Shown here piece by piece: positions 10,789-21,351 of a DNA stretch of 64,000 nt. Made by a program: the position numbers and the translations under genes. Source of the stretch: an uncultured delta proteobacterium (GTDB lineage: Bacteria; Myxococcota_A; Polyangia; Polyangiales; Polyangiaceae); assembly GCA_963841435.1 (NCBI GenBank), contig CAWJCS010000005.1:1782844-1846843 (forward strand), in the 5' to 3' direction. How positions within the stretch are numbered: the stretch's first letter is position 1; the number at the start of each line of letters is the position of its first letter. The notes beneath the pieces are model-generated. The model did not search any database, was not told the origin of the DNA, and saw nothing but the letters and a program-made list of their open reading frames with translations.

Positions 10789-11751
10789 TCAGCTCGCTCG
10801 AAACTGCGCTTCGAAGTCGCTCGCGAAGCCTTCGAGATCGGCTGTCGGCAGATGATTGATGCCACCGGCCGTGCGGCGGCCACCGCCCGTGGGGAAGCGT
10901 CGGCAGAAGGCTTCAGCCGGCACCACTGCATCGCGTGGAACCCGCACGCTCACGACGAACCCGCCGGCCTTCTTCGGAGAAGCGATGGCAACGGCACTCT
11001 TTAGGTTTGCCTTCGAGAGATCGTTGGCAAGCGTGCCGATCACGCGGCGAGCCCACGCTTCGTCCGGCATCACGTACAAGATGGCGCCCGGCGTTTTTCG
11101 CGCCGGCTCGAGCCGCTCGGCAAGCTCCATGTCTTTCCGATATCCCGCCGCGAGCCCGCGGTACGCCTCCGAGCTCCGCGCGAACTCGAGTGGATCGACG
11201 AAGGGCAGCATGGCCGCCGCGAGCTCGGTGGGGGGAACGTGCAGGTCGGTGACCGTCTCACCGTAGGCGTTGTAGTTGAGCGTGACGCCCAGCGTTTCCA
11301 GGGTCTTTTCGGATTCCGGGGCGAGGCCGAGCTCGCGCCCGAGTGCCTTCGCTTCCTCGACGAGGCTGTCGCCGAACGCACCCGTGACTGCCCAGGCGCG
11401 CGCGCGCCCGCCGAGCTGGCGGTCAACGAGAATGCTCGTGCAGACCGTGGCGCTCTCGTCGATGTGATGCTCGAGCCGGTCGCTCGCCGGGATTTCTCCC
11501 GCATGATGATGATCGAAGTAGCGTACCGAGGCGCCCGCTTCGAGCAGCGCCACGAGCCCGTCGCGGTTCACGTCGAGCGATACGTCGAGCACGGTGACGC
11601 GGTCGCCGGGCGCCGCCTTCACGCGGCCGAGCAAGGCGATGTCGCGTTTGACGCCCGTGACGAGCTCGAAGGGGCCGTCCTCGACGAGCCGGAGCTGTTG
11701 CAGGGCGCAGAGGCCGTCCGCGTCGCCGTTGAAAGCAACCGTGTGCGTCAT
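10789..11751 (-). CDS. DHH-family phosphoesterase
   Basis: 'NGDADG', 'LDVS', 'YFDHH', C-terminal 'GGGR..AGG'. Confidence 0.75.
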   Translation of the reverse strand: MTHTVAFNGDADGLCALQQLRLVEDGPFELVTGVKRDIALLGRVKAAPGDRVTVLDVSLDVNRDGLVALLEAGASVRYFDHHHAGEIPASDRLEHHIDESATVCTSILVDRQLGGRARAWAVTGAFGDSLVEEAKALGRELGLAPESEKTLETLGVTLNYNAYGETVTDLHVPPTELAAAMLPFVDPLEFARSSEAYRGLAAGYRKDMELAERLEPARKTPGAILYVMPDEAWARRVIGTLANDLSKANLKSAVAIASPKKAGGFVVSVRVPRDAVVPAEAFCRRFPTGGGRRTAGGINHLPTADLEGFASDFEAQFRAS

Positions 11752-13676
11752 GCCTCGAGGAGCCCTCGCTCTTCGAGGAACGAGACGACGGCATCGGCCG
11801 CGGCTTCGGGCGTCATCTGCGTGGTGTCGATGCGGATTTCGGGCTTCTCGGGCGCTTCGTAGGGCGAGTCGATGCCGGTGAAGTTCTTGAGCTCGCCGCG
11901 CCGCGCCTTCTTGTAGAGGCCCTTCGGGTCGCGCTCCTCGGCGACGGGAAGCGGTGTATCCACGAAGATCTCGACGAACTCGCCGTCGGCGAGCATCGAG
12001 CGCGCCATCGAGCGTTCGGCCCGGAACGGCGAGATGAACGCCGTGCTCACGATGAGCCCGGCGTCAACCATGAGCTTGCCGACCTCCGCGATGCGGCGAA
12101 TGTTCTCCACGCGATCCGCGTCGGTGAAGCCGAGGTCGCGGTTCAAGCCGTGACGCACGTTGTCGCCGTCGAGCAGGTACGTGTGGCGATGCAAGCTGTG
12201 GAGCTTCTTGTCGACGAGGTTCGCGATCGTCGACTTTCCGGCGCCCGAAAGCCCCGTGTACCAGAGCAAGCACGGCTTTTGGTTCTTGATCGACGCGCGC
12301 GCGATCTTGTTCACGTCCATCGCCTGCCAGTGGACGTTTTGCGCGCGGCGCAGCGCAAAGTGCAGCATCCCCGCGCCGACCGTGTCGTTCGTCATGCGGT
12401 CGATGAGGATGAAGGCGCCCATATCCCTGTTCTCTTTGTAGGAGTCGAAGGCGATGGCGCGGTCGAGCTGCAGGTGGCAAACGCCGATCTCGTTCAGATC
12501 GAGGCGCGGCGCCGGCTGCTGCTCGAGCGTGTTCACGTTGATGCGGTACTTGAGCGCGCCGAGCGTGGCCGTCGCCATGCGCGAGCCGAGCTTGAAGAGG
12601 TAGCTTCGGCCGCGCAAAAGCGGACTCTCGTTCATCCACACGACGGTGGCCTCGAACTGGTCGGCCACCTGTGCGGGACTGTCGGCCGCGGCGATCAGAT
12701 CGCCCCGCGAGACGTCAACCTCGTCCGCGAGCGTGAGCGTGATCGACTGGCCGACGACCGCTTCCTCCAGGTCGCCGTCCTTGGTGACGATGCGTTTGAC
12801 CTGGCTCACGCGACCCGAAGGCTGCACGCGGATCGTGTCGCCGGGGCGTACCGCGCCCGCGACGATCGTCCCGGCGAACCCGCGAAAGTCGAGGTTCGGG
12901 CGGTTGACCCACTGCACGGGCAGGCGCAGCGGCTTGTCGTGCAGGCGCATCTCGTCGACCTCGACGGTATCGAGCAGGCCCATCAACGTGGGCCCGTGGT
13001 ACCAGGGCGTGCGATCCGAGCGTTCGATGATGTTGTCGCCGTTGACGGCGGACATCGGGATGCACATGAAATCGTGGATGCCGATCTGCTTGGCGAACTC
13101 GCGGTAGTCGGCCTCGATTTTCGCGAAGACCTCCTGCGAGTAGTCGACGAGGTCCATCTTGTTCACGGCCAGGACCACGTGTTGGATGCCGAGCAGCGAC
13201 ACGAGGAACGAATGCCGCTTGGTCTGGGTGAGCACGCCCTTGCGGGCGTCGATGAGGATGACGCTGAGATCGGCGGTGGAAGCGCCGGTCACCATGTTGC
13301 GCGTGTACTGCTCGTGACCGGGCGTGTCGGCGACGATGAAGTTGCGGCGCTCGGTCGAGAAGAAGCGATACGCAACGTCGATCGTGATGCCCTGCTCGCG
13401 CTCTGCCGCAAGGCCGTCGAGCAAAAGCGCGTAGTCGATCTCGCCGCCGCGCGTGCCCACGGACTTCGAGTCGCGCGCGAGCGCGTCGAGCTGGTCGTCG
13501 AAGAGCGCCTTCGAGTCCCAGAGCAAGCGCCCGATCAGCGTGCTTTTGCCGTCGTCGACGCTGCCGCAGGTGTTGAAGCGGAGCAGGCCGCGCTGCAGGC
13601 GGCGGCGCACGTCCGCGTCGATGTCGTCGGGCGGGCTCGCGAGCGCCGCGGTGGAGGGTGCTACGGGGGCGCGCAT
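11748..13676 (-). CDS. cysNC: Bifunctional sulfate adenylyltransferase subunit 1 / APS kinase
   Basis: '[16 protein letters not shown]', '[12 protein letters not shown]', kinase '[10 protein letters not shown]', '[10 protein letters not shown]'. Confidence 0.95.
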   Translation of the reverse strand: MRAPVAPSTAALASPPDDIDADVRRRLQRGLLRFNTCGSVDDGKSTLIGRLLWDSKALFDDQLDALARDSKSVGTRGGEIDYALLLDGLAAEREQGITIDVAYRFFSTERRNFIVADTPGHEQYTRNMVTGASTADLSVILIDARKGVLTQTKRHSFLVSLLGIQHVVLAVNKMDLVDYSQEVFAKIEADYREFAKQIGIHDFMCIPMSAVNGDNIIERSDRTPWYHGPTLMGLLDTVEVDEMRLHDKPLRLPVQWVNRPNLDFRGFAGTIVAGAVRPGDTIRVQPSGRVSQVKRIVTKDGDLEEAVVGQSITLTLADEVDVSRGDLIAAADSPAQVADQFEATVVWMNESPLLRGRSYLFKLGSRMATATLGALKYRINVNTLEQQPAPRLDLNEIGVCHLQLDRAIAFDSYKENRDMGAFILIDRMTNDTVGAGMLHFALRRAQNVHWQAMDVNKIARASIKNQKPCLLWYTGLSGAGKSTIANLVDKKLHSLHRHTYLLDGDNVRHGLNRDLGFTDADRVENIRRIAEVGKLMVDAGLIVSTAFISPFRAERSMARSMLADGEFVEIFVDTPLPVAEERDPKGLYKKARRGELKNFTGIDSPYEAPEKPEIRIDTTQMTPEAAADAVVSFLEERGLLEA

Positions 13677-14575
13677 CAGAAGTAACCGTCCTGCTTCTTC
13701 TTTTCCATGGACGCAGCGGCGTCGTGGTCGATGACTCGGCCCTGGCGCTCCGAAGAGCGAGCCGAGAGCATTTCCTTGATGATGAGCGGGAGCGTATCCG
13801 CCGTCGATTCGATGGCTCCCGTGAGCGGGTAGCAGCCGAGCGTCCGGAAGCGGACGACTTTCCTCATGGGCTTCTCGCCGGGGGCGAGCGGCATGCGGTC
13901 GTCGTCGACCATGATGAGTGTGCCGTCGCGCGAGACGACGGGCCGCTCGGCGGCGAAGTAGAGCGGCACGATCGGAATCTTCTCGAGATAAATGTATTGC
14001 CACACGTCGAGCTCGGTCCAGTTGGAGAGCGGGAACACGCGCATGGATTCGCCCTTGTGCTTGCGTGCGTTGAAGAGGCGCCACAGCTCGGGTCGCTGGG
14101 TCTTGGGATCCCAGCGGTGCTGCGCGGTCCTGAAGGAGAAGATGCGCTCCTTGGCGCGAGACTTTTCCTCGTCGCGGCGCGCTCCGCCGAACGCGGCGTC
14201 GAAGCCGTACTTGTCGAGCGCTTGCTTGAGCCCCTCGGTCTTCCACATGTCGGTGTGAACGGCCGACCCGTGCGTGAACGGGTTGATTCCCTTCTCGAGC
14301 GCCTCCGGATTCTTGTAGACGATGAGGTCCATGCCCGACTCGGAGGCCATGCGGTCGCGCAGCGCGTACATGTCCTGGAACTTCCAGGTGGTATCGACGT
14401 GCAGCAGCGGGAAGGGCGGTCGCGCGGGGTAGAACGCCTTCTGCGCGACGTGCAGCATCGCCGCGCTGTCCTTACCCACTGAGTACAGCATCACGGGCTT
14501 CTCGGCCTCCGCGGCGACCTCTCGTATGATGTGGATGGCTTCGGCTTCGAGGCGTTCGAGGTGGGTGAGGGTCAT
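13676..14575 (-). CDS. cysD: Sulfate adenylyltransferase subunit 2
   Basis: 'YSVGKDS', '[15 protein letters not shown]', 'FRTLGCYP'. Confidence 0.95.
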   Translation of the reverse strand: MTLTHLERLEAEAIHIIREVAAEAEKPVMLYSVGKDSAAMLHVAQKAFYPARPPFPLLHVDTTWKFQDMYALRDRMASESGMDLIVYKNPEALEKGINPFTHGSAVHTDMWKTEGLKQALDKYGFDAAFGGARRDEEKSRAKERIFSFRTAQHRWDPKTQRPELWRLFNARKHKGESMRVFPLSNWTELDVWQYIYLEKIPIVPLYFAAERPVVSRDGTLIMVDDDRMPLAPGEKPMRKVVRFRTLGCYPLTGAIESTADTLPLIIKEMLSARSSERQGRVIDHDAAASMEKKKQDGYF

Positions 14576-14957
14576 GAGGTGCCGGTCGCTCCTGTCCGTC
14601 TGGCGGGGTAGTAGACTAATGCCCGGTCAGAGTAATTTGCGTTGCGGGCTGCCGCCAGCGGGCCTCTCGCTTGAAACTTCTGTCGTCGCCGGAAAGTTGA
14701 CGGTTCGGGCGGGCGGCAGAGCAGGCGCGAGGTAACGACCACTGTAAATCATCCGCGAGCGCAGCAGGCGTGGCGTCACGAAATTAGAAGTGCGCCGGCG
14801 CGGCGTGCACGCGTCCGACCCTGCGCTCGAGGCCGTCGGGCCGGCCACTCCCCCGAAGATTCAGCCATCGGATCGGCCGCGGTGCCGAGCTGCCGCCGCA
14901 ACGCGTCAAGCGACCGATTCTCGCGGGGATCTCGGGTCCGTCTCGCCGAGCGTCGCT

Positions 14958-15729
14958 TCACGCGCGTCGAAACGCGGCGAGGTGTTGCCAGACGTACGCT
15001 AGCGCGCCGCCCTTCGGGTACTTGTCGTCGGCGATGCCGTAGCGGTCGGGCTTCGTCTCGGGAAGGTACGCCGTGCCGAAAAGGAAATCCCAGATCGCCA
15101 GCTTGGTCGCGAAGTTCCGGCTGGGCGAGGTGAGCTCGCGCGCGTGGTGCCAGCGGTGCATCTCGGGGCCGTTGATGACGTACTTGAGGGCGCCGCTCTT
15201 CACGTTCAGGTTCGAGTGGATGTACATGCCCCACACGGCGTCGAGCGTCGCCTTCATGAGCGCCACCTCGGGCGCGGCACCCAAGAGCACGATCGGCAAA
15301 AATTCGATCGTCTGATTGACGCAAATCTCGAGGGAGTGGGAGCGCGTGCCGCTCAGCCAGTCGAACGTCGTCCACCGAATGGTGCGCTTCGTGGATGCGC
15401 CAGAGCAGCGGTGAAGCGTGTTGCAGACGGTGAAAGCAGTAGATGTAAAAGTCGTGGGTGACGAAGAAGAACGCGAGCTGGACGGGCACCGGCCAGGCGC
15501 TCACGAGGTGGAGGCGCGAGATCTCCGTATGGCCGTCCACGAAGCGGATGAAAGCCGTGATGAGGAGCCCGAGAAAATAGCTCTGGATGAGGCCGTAGCC
15601 CACGAGATCCGTGAGGAAGCCCGCGCGGAAGAGCTTCTGATGCGGGTCGTAAGGCCAGATGCGCTCGAGCACCACGAACGAGAGCGCAACGCCGACGATG
15701 ATTGCCGGTGAGATGATTTCCCAACGCAT
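14958..15729 (-). CDS. Sterol desaturase / fatty acid hydroxylase; apparent frameshift at ~15364
   Basis: His boxes HRLQH, HEAHH, HSN, HRWHH; frames join as DDVDWLSGTRSH if one base is removed. Confidence 0.8.
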
Positions 15730-15746
15730 CAGGTGGTCTCGCCGGC

Positions 15747-16695
15747 TCAGCTCACGCGGCGTAGCTTCCGCCGGACGGGCAGCTCGCTGTCGTAAACGCG
15801 CTTCACGCCGTCCCCGAGGGCGCTTTCCACTTCGCGGATGCTCCGCACGAGCTCGCTCAGCGTGTCGATTTCGACCGACGCGGCGTGATCGCTGCCCCAC
15901 ATCGTGCGGTCGAGCGTGATGTGGCGCTCGACGAACGTGGCGCCGAGCGCGACGGCCGAGAGCGTGGGCAAGAGCCCTTCCTCGTGCCCCGAGTAGCCGA
16001 TGGGGCACTCCGCGTAGTTCTTGCGCAGCGTCTCGATCATGCGCAGGTTGAGCTCGCCCGTGGGGCATGGATAGGTCGAGGTCGCGTGAGCGATGAGCAG
16101 CTGCTCGGTGCCGATCCAGGCGACGCTCCGCGCGATTTCCTCGGCCGTCGACATGCCCGTCGAACAGGATGAGCGGTCGCCCCGTCGCGCGTATCATCGC
16201 GAGCAAGTCGAGATCCGTGAGCGACGCCGATGCGACCTTGTAGCAGGGCGGGTCGAAGCGCTCGATGAACTCGACGCTCGGCTCGTCCCAACACGACGCG
16301 AACCACGGCACGCCGAGCTCGCGGCAATGGCGCGAAAGCTCGCGCAGCTCGCGCTCTCCGAGCTCGACGCGGCGCTTGTAGTCGATGTAGCTCATGCGAC
16401 CCCAGGGCGTGTCGCGCATGACGCCCCATTGATCGCGCGGCACGCAGAGCTCCGGCGTGCGCTTCTGGATCTTCACCGCGTCGACCCCGGCGCGCGCGGC
16501 TCCCTCCACGAGGTTCTTTGCCAGCTCGAGCGAGCCGTTGTGGTTGATGCCGATCTCCGCGATCACGAACACCGGCTCGTGCTCCCCGACCCAGGCACCT
16601 CCGATGCGCACGCGACGGGTCGCCGTCGCGGGTTTCGGGCGGGCGACGGGGAGGTTTTGCAGGAGGCCGTCGAGCAGAACATTGGCCGTTGTCAT
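15747..16695 (-). CDS. neuB: N-acetylneuraminate/nonulosonate synthase; apparent frameshift at ~16163
   Basis: 'IAEIGINHNG', 'VKIQKR', 'YKVASA', L(STG)MS across the indel, 'GYSGHE', 'VERHITLDR'. Confidence 0.88.
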
Positions 16696-17228
16696 CCGTG
16701 TTCGTCTTCCTTTCTCCAGCCGAGAATCGAGTCGGCGAGCTCACGGAAAGCGCCCGCGCCGCCTTCGGCGTCGGTGCAGAAGTGGACGACCTCGCGCACG
16801 GCAGCGACCGCGTTCGCGGGCGCCGCGGCGATGCCATGCTCGGCGACGCGCACGAGCGCACCGAGATCGTTCACGTCGTCGCCGATGTAGGCGATTTCGT
16901 CGAGCGACAGGCCGCCGGCCCGCGCGAGCACGGTGTCGAGCTCGAGGGCCTTGTCCTGCACGCCCAGGTACACGTGGTCGAGGTGGAGCTTGCGGGCGCG
17001 CTGCGTGATGCTCGAGCCTCGCTCCTTCGACATCCACGCCGTCTCGATGCCGGCGTTTCTGAGCAGCTCGCTGCCCATGCCGTCTCGCACGGAAAAACGG
17101 CGAAATTCCTCGCCATACAGCGAGAAGTAGACACCGGTGTCCGTCAGCACGCCGTCGACGTCGGTGACGACGAGACGGATGCGGCGCGCACGGCGCTTGA
17201 GCTCACGGTCCTCGAGAGGTCTCACCAT
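16692..17228 (-). CDS. KdsC-family HAD phosphatase
   Basis: 'TDVDGVLTD', 'FSVRDG', 'YIGDDVND', 'GGAGAFRE'. Confidence 0.85.
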   Translation of the reverse strand: MVRPLEDRELKRRARRIRLVVTDVDGVLTDTGVYFSLYGEEFRRFSVRDGMGSELLRNAGIETAWMSKERGSSITQRARKLHLDHVYLGVQDKALELDTVLARAGGLSLDEIAYIGDDVNDLGALVRVAEHGIAAAPANAVAAVREVVHFCTDAEGGAGAFRELADSILGWRKEDEHG

Positions 17229-18031
17229 ATCGTAAAGCCTCCGTCGATCACCAGATTGGCGCCCGTCATGTAGGACGACGCGTCGCTCGCCAGGAACACC
17301 ACGGCGCCGCGGTAGTCTTCGCGACGCGCCATGCGGCCGAGCGGCGTGTGCTTCGCGTACTCGGCGACGAAGGCTTCGTCCTGACTCGCTCGCACGCCGC
17401 CGGGCGAAAGCGCGTTCACGCGGACCCCGCGCGGCCCCCAGTACGCCGCGAGGTAGCGCGTGAGCTGGAGCACCGCCGCCTTGCTCGCCGGGTAGGCGGG
17501 GCCCTTGAAGAACGTCTGGCTGCCGTCGGTTCGGCGATAGAGGTCTTGGCGCGGCGCCGTGATGCCGTACGTCGAGGCGACGTTGACGATGCTGCCCCGC
17601 CCCGCCTCGGCCATGGGCGCGCCGAGCTTCTGGCACGCGAGAAAGACGCCCGTCACGTTGACGTCGAGCTGGCGACGAAAGGCGTCGAGCGGGTAGTCTT
17701 CGAAGCGCGGGCTTTCGGCGTCGCCGACGACCTTGTCGTCGATCGCGGCGTTGTTGACGAGCACGTCGATGTGACCGAAGGCCGAGAGCGTCGCATCGCG
17801 CAGGTGCTCGACGGCCGAGGGGTCCGTGAGATCGGCTGCCAGGCCCAGCACGTCGCGGCCGGTCGTTCTGCCGAGCCGGCGCGCGAAGCCCGCGATGCGC
17901 TCGTCCTCGCCGAGATCCGTCGCGACGACCGTGGCGCCGGCGGCCGAGAGCGCCGCGCAGTGCTCCTGACCGAGCAACCCGAGCGCGCCGGTGACGATCG
18001 CCACCTTGCCTTCGAGCCCGAACGCCTGCAT
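17222..18031 (-). CDS. SDR oxidoreductase
   Basis: 'TGALGLLG', 'NNAA', 'YPASK'. Confidence 0.88.
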   Translation of the reverse strand: MQAFGLEGKVAIVTGALGLLGQEHCAALSAAGATVVATDLGEDERIAGFARRLGRTTGRDVLGLAADLTDPSAVEHLRDATLSAFGHIDVLVNNAAIDDKVVGDAESPRFEDYPLDAFRRQLDVNVTGVFLACQKLGAPMAEAGRGSIVNVASTYGITAPRQDLYRRTDGSQTFFKGPAYPASKAAVLQLTRYLAAYWGPRGVRVNALSPGGVRASQDEAFVAEYAKHTPLGRMARREDYRGAVVFLASDASSYMTGANLVIDGGFTIW

Positions 18032-19347
18032 CAGCGGGGTCTCCGTTCGGTGGTGCGGAACACCGGTTGCACGGGTCGGCCCTCGATGCGCGTCTCGAGC
18101 GTGCCATCGGCTAGCGCGTCGCGAAGGACATCGAGGGCGCGGTCGTAGGCGCCGAGCACGTGCGTCACGTCCTCGTCGCGGTGCGAAAACGAGAGGTTGT
18201 GAAAGCCCGAGAACAGCACGCCGTGCCGGATCAGCTCCTGCTGCACGAGGGACTTCTGCAAAAGCGGATCGCCTGCGGAAGCATCGAATTCGATGAGCGT
18301 GCGGCACGGCAAGCCGACGGCGCGCGTCGCGAGGCCCTTCTTGCGCGCGAGCTCGTCGTAGCCGCGCGCGAGGCGCGAACCCTGTGCCTCGAGTCGGGCC
18401 GGCACCTGCTGCTCTCGGAGCTCGAGCAGCGTCGCCTTCGCCGCCGCGAGCGACAGCGCCTCGCCGCCGAACGTCGTGAAGAAGAACACGTCCTCGTCGA
18501 GGCGGCGCATCACGTCCCTGCGGCCCGTGAGCACGCTGAACGGCATGCCGTTGGCAATCGCCTTCGAGAAGCACGCGAGGTCGGCCGTGACGTCGTAGCG
18601 CTCCTGCGCGCCGCCGAGCGCGACCCGAAAGCCCGTCCACATCTCGTCGAAGACGAGCAAGGCGCCCGCCGCTCGACAGGCGCGCGACAGCTCGTGCAAG
18701 AAGCCGTGCGCCGGCTCCTCGAACAGCACCGGCTCGAGGATCACGCAGGCGACGCTGTCGTCGAGCGCGGCCCGCAGGCCCTCGAGGTCGCCGTAGCGGA
18801 AAGCCTGCGTGAGAGCGCGGGTTCCTGCGGGGACGCCGGCGGGGCGCGGCGTCGTGCCGACGTACCAGTCGTGCCAGCCGTGGTAGCCCGAGCACAGCAC
18901 GCGCTCGCGGCCCGTGTGGGCCCGCGCGAGCCGCACCGCGGCGCTCGTCACGTCGCAGCCCGTCTTGCTGAAGCGGACCGATTCGGCGCCGGGCACCATG
19001 GCGTGGACGAGCTCGGCCACCTCGACCTCGAGCGGATGCATCAACGAGAACGTGATGCCGTCGGCGAGCTGGGCGCGCACGGCGTCGTCGACACGGGGGT
19101 AGGCGTAGCCGAGCGACAGCGGCCCGACCGCCATCGTGAGGTCGATGTATTCGTTTTCGTCCGCGTCCCACACGTGGGAGCCGAGCCCGCGCACGAGGTA
19201 CTTCGGGGCGACACCGTTGACGTACTGCGTCGGGCCCTTCGCGAGGGTTTGGGTCCCGGCCGGGATCAGTCCGCGGGCTCGCGCATAGAGCGCCTCGGAC
19301 GCCGCGATCGCGGGGAGCGGCTGGTCGTAAGCTACGTGGTTCGGCAT
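18031..19347 (-). CDS. Class III PLP aminotransferase (GSA-aminomutase-like)
   Basis: 'YHGWHDW', 'FDEMWTGFR', 'FSKAIANG'. Confidence 0.85.
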   Translation of the reverse strand: MPNHVAYDQPLPAIAASEALYARARGLIPAGTQTLAKGPTQYVNGVAPKYLVRGLGSHVWDADENEYIDLTMAVGPLSLGYAYPRVDDAVRAQLADGITFSLMHPLEVEVAELVHAMVPGAESVRFSKTGCDVTSAAVRLARAHTGRERVLCSGYHGWHDWYVGTTPRPAGVPAGTRALTQAFRYGDLEGLRAALDDSVACVILEPVLFEEPAHGFLHELSRACRAAGALLVFDEMWTGFRVALGGAQERYDVTADLACFSKAIANGMPFSVLTGRRDVMRRLDEDVFFFTTFGGEALSLAAAKATLLELREQQVPARLEAQGSRLARGYDELARKKGLATRAVGLPCRTLIEFDASAGDPLLQKSLVQQELIRHGVLFSGFHNLSFSHRDEDVTHVLGAYDRALDVLRDALADGTLETRIEGRPVQPVFRTTERRPR

Positions 19348-19367
19348 GGGCGTTCCGTCCGTGCGAC

Positions 19368-20180
19368 TCAGGCTCCCACCCAGGAAATTCCGTCGTCCGA
19401 AAGGCGTACGGAGCGCAGCTCCCCGACGTGCTTGCGCTGCCAGCTGTTTCCCGCCCAGCGCGCGTTCAAGGAGAGAAGCTCCGGCCTCTGCTCGAGCAAG
19501 CCGAGGATCGACGAGAGCGGGAAGACCGGCCGCGCGTCATCGTGGAGCGCGTCGTACACGGCGCTGATGAACGCGTAGTCCTCGGCATAGTCGAGCGTGA
19601 AGCGGTGGCTCCGCGACAGGTCGCGGCCGGCCTCCCAGCGTACGTTGAGGATGCGAAAGCGATCGGGCTGGTCCCAGATGAACGGTGTCGTGTGCTCGCG
19701 CTCGAGGGGGCGGCGGGCCTCGCGAAACGCGCGCTCGAGCACGTCGCGCGGGATCACCTCGATGTCGTTGCCGTCCGGCCAGCTCGGCGGGCAGAGGTTC
19801 GTCGCGAGGTCGCAGCCGCCACGCGCGCTGTCGAATGCACCGAGCACGCGCTCGATGGCGGCGGGATCGATGAGCGGGCAATCCGAGGGAATTTTCACGA
19901 TCGCGTCGGCTCCCGCGCGCCTTCCCGCCTGCACGTGGCGCCCGAGCAGGTCCGTCGGGTGGCCGCTCAAGCAGTTGACCGACAGCCGCTGGCAAAGCTC
20001 GCGGATGGGCTCGTCGGCGGCCTCGGTGGTGGTCGCCACGCACAGCTCGAAAAGTGCGCGCGCCGCCCGAACACGCTCGATCAGGCGCTCGAGCGCGGGG
20101 CGCCCGGCGAGCGGCATGAGCACCTTGCCGGGCAGCCGCGTCGAGCCGACGCGCGCCTGAATGACGACGAGCTTCTTCAT
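19368..20180 (-). CDS. SpsF-like cytidylyltransferase
   Basis: 'IQARVGSTRLPGKVL', 'SDCPLIDP', 'REHTTP', 'TLDYAED'. Confidence 0.88.
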   Translation of the reverse strand: MKKLVVIQARVGSTRLPGKVLMPLAGRPALERLIERVRAARALFELCVATTTEAADEPIRELCQRLSVNCLSGHPTDLLGRHVQAGRRAGADAIVKIPSDCPLIDPAAIERVLGAFDSARGGCDLATNLCPPSWPDGNDIEVIPRDVLERAFREARRPLEREHTTPFIWDQPDRFRILNVRWEAGRDLSRSHRFTLDYAEDYAFISAVYDALHDDARPVFPLSSILGLLEQRPELLSLNARWAGNSWQRKHVGELRSVRLSDDGISWVGA

Positions 20181-21184
20181 GCGACCTCCCGCAGGAGACG
20201 GAGAGGAGAGCGCGCCGCGAGCACGTCGCGACAGACCGCGGCGATGTTGCGGGCTGCCGAGCGGTTCTGCACCGGTATGAGGCGCCGCAGCGTCTCGACC
20301 GGAAAGTAGGAATGCACCTCTTTGCCGAGGGCGAGCGCCACGAAGGCGGTGGACGAATACTGCGTGATGACGACGTCTGCGTTGGCGATCATCGCGTCCG
20401 TGGGCCCGTCGGTGAGCACGCGCGCCTGAGGCAGGTACCGCGCTACCTCGCGCGTGGCTCGTTCGACGAGCTCGTTCGGATGCAGCTTGAACAGCGTGGG
20501 GCGCCCCTTCGCGATGTCGCGAGCCCAGCCGAGGAAGCGACGGCGACTATCGAACTTCAACGTTTCGCGCGTGTCGGAGCTCAGCACGAGCACGTAGCCC
20601 CTGTGGGGAAAGTCATTTCGAAGAAATGACGCGCAGTCGTCGAAATTCGGCAGGCCCGTGACGACCATGCGCTCGCGCGGTGCGCCGCGTTCAGCGAACC
20701 AATCCTTGTAGCCCTCGCTTGCAACGCAGAAGCGTTCGTAGGCACAGCTCAGCCCGGTCGCGGCCGTGCCAGCGATCCAGCGCGGAAAAATCTTGGGAAA
20801 GCGCCGCACGAGGGAAAACGCGAAGGTGTCCGGATCGAGGATTCCCTCCTGGACGGCGACGAGCGGGACGCCCGAAAGGTTCTTCGGCACGAGCACGTCG
20901 GACGACGTGACGGCGAGCTCGTAACCGCCGTTCAGACCTCGGAAATCGATCGTGAGGTCGTGCTCGCGGAGGTAGTCGAGGCAACGCCCCGTGTGCTTGT
21001 TGCCGCTGATGGTAGTCTCCAAAGCCCCGATCCGACGCAGGATTTCCGTGCCCGTGTTGCAGTAGTACGGCGAAAACGCCGCATGGACCTCGGGCAACGC
21101 GCGCGCGACCTGATGCATCTGGGTGGTCTGGTTGAGTGACCCGCAGATGAAGAGGGCCGTCGGGCGCCGCGACCTGGTCGTCAC
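20177..21184 (-). CDS. Hypothetical protein, possibly GT-B fold transferase
   Basis: 'VVTGLPNFD', 'FKLHPNE', 'VVITQYSSTA' resemble CMP-sugar transferase motifs; start uncertain. Confidence 0.5.
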   Translation of the reverse strand: MTTRSRRPTALFICGSLNQTTQMHQVARALPEVHAAFSPYYCNTGTEILRRIGALETTISGNKHTGRCLDYLREHDLTIDFRGLNGGYELAVTSSDVLVPKNLSGVPLVAVQEGILDPDTFAFSLVRRFPKIFPRWIAGTAATGLSCAYERFCVASEGYKDWFAERGAPRERMVVTGLPNFDDCASFLRNDFPHRGYVLVLSSDTRETLKFDSRRRFLGWARDIAKGRPTLFKLHPNELVERATREVARYLPQARVLTDGPTDAMIANADVVITQYSSTAFVALALGKEVHSYFPVETLRRLIPVQNRSAARNIAAVCRDVLAARSPLRLLREVA

Positions 21185-21351
21185 GTTCGAGGAACCTAAG
21201 GTGCCGAGGGGAACGTTGGGTCTCAGAACATCAACGTCCTCGTAGCAAGCGCGTGGCAATCCGCGCACGGCTGCGAGGAGGTTGTGCGACGGCACCGAAC
21301 CGTCACGAATTCTTGGCAGTGCCGTCCACTTGGGCTGGTGGACTCACTCGC

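Noticed and set aside
18031-19347. Calling the aminotransferase hemL
   Set aside because: SpsF/NeuB operon context points to sugar modification, not tetrapyrrole synthesis
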